A stretch of DNA of 64,000 nt, taken from assembly GCA_029936315.1 (NCBI GenBank), contig JAPYTD010000006.1:16442-80441 (forward strand). Reading direction: 5' to 3'. Source of the stretch: Planctomycetota bacterium (lineage in GTDB: Bacteria > Planctomycetota > UBA1135 > UBA2386). The first letter of the stretch is position 1. Every line of letters starts with the position of its first letter. Position numbers and translations under genes: made by a program. Below are positions 8,507 to 16,007 of the stretch, in pieces. The notes beneath the pieces were generated by a model. It did no database searches. It saw only the letters and a list, made by a program, of their open reading frames with translations, and was not told where the DNA came from.

Positions 8507-10303
8507 TCAGTTGTAGAAGACCTGCTCGCGCAGGTAGGCCAGGTTGAGGGTGTTGAAGGCGGAGAAGAGACTCGTCGCCAAGGTGAAGTTCAGGGCCGGA
8601 CTCATCAGGTTGGTCGCGCCAGTTGGGAACAGGCTCGCGTTGCGGATGTGGGAGTCCCCCGAGCCGGGGAAGTTGGTGCTGTCGTTGGCGTAAAGGCCCG
8701 TTGGCATCGCGCCGTTCCTGACCAGGCCGACCGAGTGGCCGATCTCGTGCGCAGTCACTGTCGCGATGAAGCGCGCAATAGCCGAGATTGCTTCGTCGAT
8801 CTCTGTTTCGCGGCTGTCGCCGACGGTGTTGTTGAGGCGGTCTTCATCCTGGGCGACCTCGCCAATCGCGGTGCCGCCGTTCGCGGGAGTGAAGGGATCG
8901 TAGGTGATGCGGAACAGGCTCGTGTTTGTCTGGCCGACACCACTGTCGATGATCGTGTGCATGAAGACGCCGAGCCGTTCGGTGCCACCGCCGCTCGGAA
9001 AGTCCGTGATCGTGTTGTCGTTTTGCGTGGTGTTGGATGGATCGAAGATCGCCAAACCCAACACGCCGGTGGTCGCCGAAGCACCCGAGATCGAAATCTG
9101 CGAGAAACCGAGCGACGCGTAGCTGACACTCGTGTTGCCGTTGAAGCTGCCGGCCGGCTGAGTCAGCGTGAACGTGACGTTGGCGCCCGCGTAGTATGCG
9201 GCGAGCTTGGTGAGCACCTCGCTCTTGATGCGATTGATGACGACGGTGTTGCTGTTGTCTGCGCCACTGACGTTCGGGATCGGCGTTGGCGAGGTCAGGC
9301 CGATGATCAGCATTAGCTCCTCGAAGTCATTCGCGGCATTGGCGCCGTTCGTGATGTCGACCTGCGTTTGGCCGCCGGGTGCACTCGTCGAGTAGGACTC
9401 GAGGTCGCGCGAGTAGTCGAGGAACCAGACTTGGCTGGCGTTGACGCTGGTTTCGAACGGACGCACATTGTCGGTGAATGCTCGCGCGGTCAGCAAGAAC
9501 GTCGCCGGTGCCGACGATAATCCGGACGCGTCGACGACGATGCACGTCAACGTGATCGCTGAGACAGGGAATGTGACGGCCGCCGGAATCTGGTAGCTCG
9601 CCGTTGTGTTGGTGGCACTCAGTTGGGTCAAGAACGGCACCAGGTTGGTCCCGGGCAGTTGGGTCCCGGAAGCGGTGCCGACCGAGACGTTGGCACTGAT
9701 CACGGTCTGACTTGTCGCGATTGCACTGTTGTCTGAGTACGCGAGGTCGATTGTCCAGCCGGTGGTCGGCACCTGCAGCGTTCCGCCAGCAGCGCCCGTG
9801 CCGTTGAGTTCATCGTCGATGCTGGCGATCGTGACGTTGCGGATCACTGGCGAGGAACCATCACTCGTTCCGATCGTGACCGGGTCGCCGCCACCAGTTG
9901 GTGCCGTCGTCTGGCCGCCGGCTGCGTCGTTGTCCGCGGACAACGCGATCGTCGTTGTGCCCGGAGTGAACGTGACGCCGGCGCCGAGCGTGATCTGGAT
10001 CGTCGTCGTGCTCAAGACGCTTGGCACGGCCGTCACCGTGCCGAGCGTGGCTCCGCCTGACAGGGTGAAGTCCTCGTCGGTCATCAGCACGCCGGTCTGC
10101 AGCACGACCTCGGTCGAGAAACCGAGTAGCAGCGTGTCGCCGGCAGCTGGGGTCGCGCCGACGCCGGCGAAGGATGCAGTCGCGATGATGGGTATCGCCG
10201 TTGGCGCCACACCGCCGCCGCCGCTACCGCTGCATCCGACGAGCAGTGCCAAGAACGACACCGCAAGAAACCGCTGTGGTGAGGGGGGAGTAGTTCCGAT
10301 CAT
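8507..10303 (-). CDS. Lipoprotein with a C-terminal HExxH zinc-metalloprotease-like domain
   Basis: The ATG at 10303 gives the lipobox signal FLAVSFLALLVGCSG. It has a long Thr/Gly/Ala-rich beta-type N-terminal region and a TAHEIGHSVGL motif (codons 8735..8749) 80 aa from the C-terminus. The track ORF extends to 10426. Confidence 0.7.
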   Translation of the reverse strand: MIGTTPPSPQRFLAVSFLALLVGCSGSGGGGVAPTAIPIIATASFAGVGATPAAGDTLLLGFSTEVVLQTGVLMTDEDFTLSGGATLGTVTAVPSVLSTTTIQITLGAGVTFTPGTTTIALSADNDAAGGQTTAPTGGGDPVTIGTSDGSSPVIRNVTIASIDDELNGTGAAGGTLQVPTTGWTIDLAYSDNSAIATSQTVISANVSVGTASGTQLPGTNLVPFLTQLSATNTTASYQIPAAVTFPVSAITLTCIVVDASGLSSAPATFLLTARAFTDNVRPFETSVNASQVWFLDYSRDLESYSTSAPGGQTQVDITNGANAANDFEELMLIIGLTSPTPIPNVSGADNSNTVVINRIKSEVLTKLAAYYAGANVTFTLTQPAGSFNGNTSVSYASLGFSQISISGASATTGVLGLAIFDPSNTTQNDNTITDFPSGGGTERLGVFMHTIIDSGVGQTNTSLFRITYDPFTPANGGTAIGEVAQDEDRLNNTVGDSRETEIDEAISAIARFIATVTAHEIGHSVGLVRNGAMPTGLYANDSTNFPGSGDSHIRNASLFPTGATNLMSPALNFTLATSLFSAFNTLNLAYLREQVFYN

Positions 10304-10317
10304 GTGTTCATGGCGAA

Positions 10318-10725
10318 GTGGCGTTGGCTCTAAACCCGATGACATGGGTGCAACCCCATCTTGTGGTATCGGCACATGGTGGGCCAGTGCCTGAGCCGCC
10401 GGGCCCAAGCATCGCGATTCCTTCACTACACTATGTCGACGCTGCGGCTGCGTTTCGATGGTTGGACGGCGACGTCACCGGTCCGTTTAGCCTCGTCGTG
10501 CTTGCTGAGGACTACCTCCCGATCGCTCAGTTCGATGGCATCGAACGATCGCCGTTTCGCCCGGAAGAGGCCGCATCCGCGGCGCTACGCCCGGGAACGA
10601 GCTACGTGGCCTACCTGTTGGCGACCCATGAAGGTCGCAAGGTAAAAGCCTGCTCTCAACCTTCATTTGGCGGTGATATGGAAGTCCCGGTGGTACCGCG
10701 TCTCCACAGCTACTTCATGTCCTAA
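10318..10725 (+). CDS. Hypothetical small protein (start uncertain)
   Basis: The frame has protein-like composition (..FRWLDGDVTGPFSLVVLAEDYLPIAQFDGIERSPFRPEE..), unlike the overlapping R/S-rich frame 10361..10645. The true start is probably an internal ATG or GTG (for example 10339). No family recognised. Confidence 0.3.
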   Translation: MALALNPMTWVQPHLVVSAHGGPVPEPPGPSIAIPSLHYVDAAAAFRWLDGDVTGPFSLVVLAEDYLPIAQFDGIERSPFRPEEAASAALRPGTSYVAYLLATHEGRKVKACSQPSFGGDMEVPVVPRLHSYFMS

Positions 10726-10819
10726 CTCAACTCTGTGTAAGGAGATACCGAAAGCATGGCTCGCGGGGGGAAACGCTCCTCGCGAAGACTACGCGAAGAG
10801 TAACTGGGACATATAGCGG

Positions 10820-11749
10820 ATGATGAAGCTTGCGGTTGGTGAGATAGTAGAGGGGTACCGAATCACTCGGCTCCTTGGGCGCGGGGGCTTTGCCTCCGTC
10901 TACCTAGCCCAACACGAGCAGTCTGGGAGCAAGGTGGCGCTCAAAGTGGGCGGCATTTCAGGCGGCGGTCGTCAGGTTACTCGATTGCTCGAGGTGACTT
11001 CTCGTCGCACCGCGGAGGGCATCAGCCCGGATGAGTTGCCGGCGGAAGCCGTCTTCTTCGAACAGGGCGGTGTGCGGATCGACTTGTTCGACCAACAAGA
11101 AGTGTCGGCGATGCTGCGCGCCGAGGGCGATCTGCTTGCCAACTGCAATCACGAGAACCTGGTAGCAGTGCACGACCGCCTGATGGTCGACAACAGCCCG
11201 GTGCTGGTGCTCGATTACGTGCGCGGCAAGACGTTGCGCGAGAAGATCCGCAGCCTCGAAGGCATCCACCTCAATTGGTTCTTGGCGATTGTGCGTGCAC
11301 TGACGTCGCTCAAGGAAATGGGCACGATGGACTACCACGGCGATCTCAAGCCGGAGAACGTCATCGTCAAGCCGAGCGGCAAGGTCGTTTTGCTCGACCC
11401 GGCGATGCGCATGCCGGATCGCCCGGTCGTCACGACGACGCCGCACTACAACCCGATGCTCCTGACCGACAGCAAGGCTGACGTGATGGCGATTGGCATC
11501 ATGATCTACGAGATCCTGACGGGCACGCTGCCGTTCGATGAGGTGCCGTGGGAGTTCGCTGGCCGCCAAAGCGGTGGCGAGACACAGCGCTTGTCGTTGA
11601 GCTACTTCTTTAGCTACACGCCGCCGAACTCGCTCAACCCGAAGACGCCCGAAGAACTGGAGCGCATCGTCTACCGCTGCATCACGGTGGTCGACTACGG
11701 CCTCGCTGAGCTGCAGACCGATCTCGAAGCCTTCATCAGCAAGGCTTAG
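10820..11749 (+). CDS. Ser/Thr protein-kinase-like protein with an atypical activation segment
   Basis: Gly-loop GRGGFASVY, VAIK-like VALKV and catalytic loop YHGDLKPENVIV (HGD rather than HRD). The DFG position reads LLDPAM and no APE motif is present. It is a stand-alone 309-aa kinase domain. Confidence 0.8.
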   Translation: MMKLAVGEIVEGYRITRLLGRGGFASVYLAQHEQSGSKVALKVGGISGGGRQVTRLLEVTSRRTAEGISPDELPAEAVFFEQGGVRIDLFDQQEVSAMLRAEGDLLANCNHENLVAVHDRLMVDNSPVLVLDYVRGKTLREKIRSLEGIHLNWFLAIVRALTSLKEMGTMDYHGDLKPENVIVKPSGKVVLLDPAMRMPDRPVVTTTPHYNPMLLTDSKADVMAIGIMIYEILTGTLPFDEVPWEFAGRQSGGETQRLSLSYFFSYTPPNSLNPKTPEELERIVYRCITVVDYGLAELQTDLEAFISKA

Positions 11750-11752
11750 AAC

Positions 11753-11771
11753 GAGCGCGGGGATCGCGCTC
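11753..11771 (+). terminator. Hairpin directly after the kinase gene
   Basis: GAGCGCG-gggat-CGCGCTC: a perfect 7-bp stem starting 4 nt after the stop. There is no U-tract, so it is a weak call. Confidence 0.25.
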
Positions 11772-11921
11772 CGCGAGCAAGCTTACTTACGGCTTGCGCG
11801 TGAGCCAGTCGTTGCGTTGCACGCCGATCAGAGCGGCGCCGCTAATCACGACAAACACGCCGAGGAACAGCGCGAACACGCTTTCCGGCAGTTCGAGGCG
11901 ATCAGCGGACAGCCTGCACCG

Positions 11922-12524
11922 TCAGATCACGAACGGCGTGTCCCCGATGTCCGGCGAGTAGTACTTGATCCGCATCGCACTGACCTTGCCCGACGCCTGG
12001 TCAAACACATTGATCTCGTCTAGATCCCGCCCGTAGACGTGCAGCGAGATCGTTGGCTTGTCACTGGTGTTGCCGATGCGGTGGATCTCTTCGAACGGTG
12101 GCAGCAGATAGGCGACGCCGCCTTTGCCGACGTCGGTGCCACGGGTCTGCTCCAGTTCGCAGAAGTCGGGGCGCGAACCGTCGTCCAAACGGTCGTAGCA
12201 AATCTCTTCGAGCGTGTTGTCGACGATGCCCATGACGCCCCAGCAGGCGTGGTCGTGGATCGGGGTGATCTGGCCGGGTTGCCAGACCAACGACAGCACG
12301 ATGAAGCGGTTCTTCGGATCGCGGTGCAGCAAATGGCGGGTGTAGCGGTCTGGTTCGCCTAGCCGGAAGCGCTCTTCGAGCCAGCGATCATCGCTACAAA
12401 GCTCTTTGGTAGCCTTAGATACCTCTCGAATGATGACTCGGTTGGCCGGCCGTTTGTCGAGCACCTGCTCGATTGCGGCAACGTAGTCCTTTAGGCCGAA
12501 GGCGTTGGGTGTAGCTGTGGACAT
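11922..12524 (-). CDS. Cysteine dioxygenase type I-like cupin (thiol dioxygenase family)
   Basis: RYTRHLLHRDPKNRFIVLSLVWQPGQITPIHDHACWGVMGIV matches the CDO-type cupin motif (G-x5-H-x-H). I chose the ATG at 12524 (MSTATPNAFG..). The track ORF extends to 12608. Confidence 0.7.
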   Translation of the reverse strand: MSTATPNAFGLKDYVAAIEQVLDKRPANRVIIREVSKATKELCSDDRWLEERFRLGEPDRYTRHLLHRDPKNRFIVLSLVWQPGQITPIHDHACWGVMGIVDNTLEEICYDRLDDGSRPDFCELEQTRGTDVGKGGVAYLLPPFEEIHRIGNTSDKPTISLHVYGRDLDEINVFDQASGKVSAMRIKYYSPDIGDTPFVI

Positions 12525-12622
12525 CGTGGGGATCGGGGGGAAGATGGCGGGCGCTTCCGCGGTCTCAGTCGTCCGTGCATTCTGGCCCGTTCTGGCCCGG
12601 TTGGCCAACCCGCTGCTACGTC

Positions 12623-13954
12623 ATGATTCTCCTGCGATCCTTCCCAACGGTCCTTTCTGTGCTCGGTCTCCTCATCCTCGGGGGCTGCATAACCAACTCG
12701 GCGCTCGAAGCTAGCCGGAAGTTCGCCAGTGTGGGCGACTACAAACACGCCTTCGAGGAGCTGGATTCGGAGCGTACGCGCCAGCTGGAGGCTGGCGGCG
12801 TCGACGAGGTGCTGGAGACTGCCTACCAGAGCATTCGCCTTGAGTACCTGCGCGATCGAGCCCAGCAGCGCATCTTCACGGAGCGCGAAGACATGGCGCT
12901 GGACGATCTCGATCTGATCGCGGCCACGGATCCCGATTATCCCGGGCTCAAGAGACTCCGCTTCATGGCCTTCACGAAGAAGGCCAATCGCATCGTCGAT
13001 CTCGCCAACGAGAAGCTTTCGCAGAAGGACTTCCTGGCAGCCATGAAGGGATACATCGCGAGCCAGGTGTTGGTGGCTGGCTTTGAGCCGGCCAACGATG
13101 GCATTCGCAAGGTGCGGGATGAGATGGCTCGGTTGAGCGCTCGTGCGCAGCAGCAGTTCTTGCAGGCTGTGCGCAAGGTGCCTGATTTCCGGCATATCGA
13201 AGTTGCGTGGCACGCGGCGGCCGTGATCCATCTGACGCCGGACGAATCGGATGAACGGCGTGTCGAGGCTGCGGAGTTGCGAACGGCCGCGCGCAAGGAA
13301 AGCGCGCAGGCGACTTTTGCGCGGGCCAAGGCGTGTGAGGACGGCAACCAGTTTGGCGCGGCTCGCGTGCTCTACCTCGAGGCCCGACGACTCCATCCGA
13401 CTATCGAGGGCGTCGAAGCTGCCGTCGACAAGATGGACCAGGAGCTGAAGGCTCTCGGCATGTTGGAGAGGGCCCAGGTCCAAATGCGCAACGAGCGGTT
13501 CGACGAAGCGGATCAGTTGCTTGCGGATGCGCACAAGCTGTCGGCCTACTCGCGTGGCGCCATCAGCGAATTGATGATGGCTTCGCGCAGGCTCAGAGGA
13601 AAGATGCAGTATCGCCATGCGCTCGACTTCGAGGTCATGGGCAAGAAGATTGAAGCCCTCGCGGCCTTCAAAGCGCTGGCCAAGGCATGGCCCGCAGGTC
13701 TCGAAGATGAGGCTGCGCGGGTCGACGGCCTCCAGATTGACGTGGACAGTGCGAAGACCGAGTGGCAGGCGGCCGAGAAGGCCGAAGCCGATGGCGATCT
13801 CGTCAAGGCACTCGATCACTACCTGACCGCCGAGCGCTTCTACTCCGAATGGCGCGATGGCGAAGTGCACATTGCGCGCCTTCGCAAGGCGATTGCAGCG
13901 CAGGCAGTCGAAGAGGCCAGCGGCGGCACTCCGCCAGCTGGCGGAGGCGAATAG
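12623..13954 (+). CDS. Hypothetical helical (TPR-like) lipoprotein
   Basis: The ATG at 12623 gives MILLRSFPTVLSVLGLLILGGC (lipobox). The remainder is Ala/Glu/Arg/Leu-rich helical repeat sequence. Confidence 0.6.
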   Translation: MILLRSFPTVLSVLGLLILGGCITNSALEASRKFASVGDYKHAFEELDSERTRQLEAGGVDEVLETAYQSIRLEYLRDRAQQRIFTEREDMALDDLDLIAATDPDYPGLKRLRFMAFTKKANRIVDLANEKLSQKDFLAAMKGYIASQVLVAGFEPANDGIRKVRDEMARLSARAQQQFLQAVRKVPDFRHIEVAWHAAAVIHLTPDESDERRVEAAELRTAARKESAQATFARAKACEDGNQFGAARVLYLEARRLHPTIEGVEAAVDKMDQELKALGMLERAQVQMRNERFDEADQLLADAHKLSAYSRGAISELMMASRRLRGKMQYRHALDFEVMGKKIEALAAFKALAKAWPAGLEDEAARVDGLQIDVDSAKTEWQAAEKAEADGDLVKALDHYLTAERFYSEWRDGEVHIARLRKAIAAQAVEEASGGTPPAGGGE

Positions 13955-14011
13955 CACTCCGAGTTTGTTTGCATAGGTAGCGGGGTTCGCCGCACGCGGC
14001 ATAATCGGGTA

Positions 14012-15886
14012 GTGCACGCACTCTCGCTGGCCAGCCGGTTTCTGATCACTCTCGTGGTGTCGGCTGTGCTGCCACTCCTGCTTTACGGTTGGTTCTCGCT
14101 GCGCGGCATGCGCGAGCAGATCGACGAGCAAGTGGTTCGCGTGTTCCTGCCACAGTTGGCGGCTGATTACGCGCAGAAGATCGAGACCCGCCTCGAACGA
14201 ACCGACCAGGCCTGCGCGGTCATTCGCGAGATTGCGCGACGTGTCTTGGATGAGCCCAAGGCCGAAGAGCTAGAGGAAGAGCTAGAGGCCTTCGAAGAGA
14301 ACGTGCAGTTGGTGCCCGGCCTGCTCAGCAACTTCTTGGACCTGTTGCTGCTCGCCGACGCGGATGGCGATGTCGTCTATTGGCAGGATGGTCACCGACT
14401 AAATCCGAGCACGCACCAGCGCCGCGCCGAGTTGATTCCGAAAAACGTCGCCGACGCAGATTGGTTCAGGCACGCGCAGGCGCAGCGCGGCACGCACTTC
14501 TTACCGTGGGGCCGATCGAAGTACCTGCACCGCGGCCGCAACTTTCGTTCGATGGATCCGGGCAGCCACCACCTCGGGGTTGCGATGGATGTGCCGCAGG
14601 GCGATGGCAAGTCTGGCGTGTTGTTTGCCTTGCTGCGCTGGTCCGAAGTGCAGAGCGTCATCGACGCCGCGCGGGAAGTCTTGATCAAAGAAGCGCGGCT
14701 GCCTTCGGCGGAAGTGTTCTTGATCGGGCGCAGCGGCACCGTGCATGCGCATACCGACCGCAGACACTATGGCTTGCCTCTCGACCCGCCGGAGCTGGCG
14801 ATGCGGCTTGCGTCGGCCGATAGTCAGGGGCGTTGCGCCTCGATCGGTTCGGATGGCTGCATGTGGCGCGTCGGCTATGCCCCTGGTGGCGGCGAAGAGG
14901 CGCGTTCGTTTGTCATTGGCGTAGCGGTTCCCGAGGCGGAGCTGTTCGCGGCCAGCAACGCGTTCGAACGGGTGCTGTTGATCGCGATTGTGCTGAGCAT
15001 CATCGTGTTGGTGTTTTGGTCGCTGATTGCATCGCGTGCGATCACGGCTCCCGTCAAGCAGCTGGTCGATGCGACTCGTCGGGTGGCTCAGGGCGACCTC
15101 GACGTCAAAGTCCTTGCCAGTGGCGGCCCCGAACTCGGTGAGCTTGCGTTGGCGTTCAATCAGATGGCGCACGATCTGGCCGTCGGCCGCGAGCGGCTGG
15201 CGCATGCCGAGCGCGATCAGGCGTGGGCGGAGATGGCGCGCCAGGTTGCGCACGAGATCAAGAACCCGCTGCAGCCCATGCGCATGACCGCGCAGTTGTT
15301 GCGACGCGCGCGTGGCGACAACGACCCACGCGCGGATCAGGTCGCGGATCGCCTCGCGCGCACGGTCTTGGAACAGACCGAAGCACTCGATCGCATCGCC
15401 AGTGACTTCCGTTCGTTTGCCGGAGTTTCACCGGCCCAGAAAATGGTCGTGAGCGTTGATCCTTGGCTTGATGAGTTGCGCGACCAGACGGCGCGGTTGT
15501 TTGAGGATCGTTCGCTGACGCTGAAAGTTGATGCGCACGCCCCCGATGTGCGCATCTCGATTGATCAAGGTTCGATGGCGCGCGTCTTCGTCAACCTCGT
15601 GCAGAACGCCATCGAAGCTGCTGATCGCGCGGTCCAGGTGCGTCTGGCCTCACGAATCGATGGCAGCAAGGTTGTCGTTACCGTTACCGACGATGGCCCC
15701 GGGGTATCTGGCGAGGTTCGCGACAAGCTGTTCGACCCGTACTTCACGACCAAGTCGTCGGGCACGGGGCTCGGTCTGGCGATCTGCCGGCGCCTCATCG
15801 AGGCCCACGGCGGCACCATTCGCCTGGTCTCGACCAGGGCGGGTGAGACGCAGTTTGCGATCGAATTGCCGCTAGCTGCGTCTTGA
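14012..15886 (+). CDS. Sensor histidine kinase (extracytoplasmic sensor domain, HAMP, HisKA, HATPase_c)
   Basis: Two TM segments flank a sensor domain of roughly 290 aa. HAMP region is PVKQLVDATRRVAQGDLDV and the H-box is VAHEIKNPLQPM. The ATPase N, G1 and G2 boxes are NLVQNAIEA, DDGPGV and GTGLGLAI. No response regulator is adjacent. Confidence 0.9.
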   Translation: MHALSLASRFLITLVVSAVLPLLLYGWFSLRGMREQIDEQVVRVFLPQLAADYAQKIETRLERTDQACAVIREIARRVLDEPKAEELEEELEAFEENVQLVPGLLSNFLDLLLLADADGDVVYWQDGHRLNPSTHQRRAELIPKNVADADWFRHAQAQRGTHFLPWGRSKYLHRGRNFRSMDPGSHHLGVAMDVPQGDGKSGVLFALLRWSEVQSVIDAAREVLIKEARLPSAEVFLIGRSGTVHAHTDRRHYGLPLDPPELAMRLASADSQGRCASIGSDGCMWRVGYAPGGGEEARSFVIGVAVPEAELFAASNAFERVLLIAIVLSIIVLVFWSLIASRAITAPVKQLVDATRRVAQGDLDVKVLASGGPELGELALAFNQMAHDLAVGRERLAHAERDQAWAEMARQVAHEIKNPLQPMRMTAQLLRRARGDNDPRADQVADRLARTVLEQTEALDRIASDFRSFAGVSPAQKMVVSVDPWLDELRDQTARLFEDRSLTLKVDAHAPDVRISIDQGSMARVFVNLVQNAIEAADRAVQVRLASRIDGSKVVVTVTDDGPGVSGEVRDKLFDPYFTTKSSGTGLGLAICRRLIEAHGGTIRLVSTRAGETQFAIELPLAAS

Positions 15887-16007
15887 TCGCCCAACACGGC
15901 GAACACGGTCCTCCGCACCGGAAATAAATGGCCTGACAGGCTACGATGCGGGTTGGCTACCAGCTACGAGCCCCCGCTTGCCCTGGCGGGGCCACCATCC
16001 CACGCCC

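Noticed and set aside
11922-11924. The TGA stop of the CDO-like gene read as selenocysteine, because the frame stays open for 45 more codons.
   Set aside because: No stable hairpin with a G/U-containing apical loop lies at the appropriate distance. The position is the extreme C-terminus rather than a redox motif. In-frame continuation has a one-third chance expectation.
13952-14014. The lipoprotein gene (12623..13954) and the histidine kinase (14012..) are in the same frame, so I considered readthrough or fusion.
   Set aside because: The stop is TAG and a 57-nt spacer follows. The kinase has its own N-terminal TM segment. There is no homology logic for a fusion, so the shared frame is coincidental.
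12491-14131. 546-aa minus-strand ORF. Other very long antisense ORFs of the same kind are 591..1565, 18552..20102, 39564..41144, 44306..45802, 50194..51645 and 59079..60236.
   Set aside because: All are antisense to genes with clear family motifs. They have Arg/His/Gln/Asp-rich, low-complexity shadow composition and no recognisable motifs. Long stop-free antisense frames are expected in GC-rich DNA.
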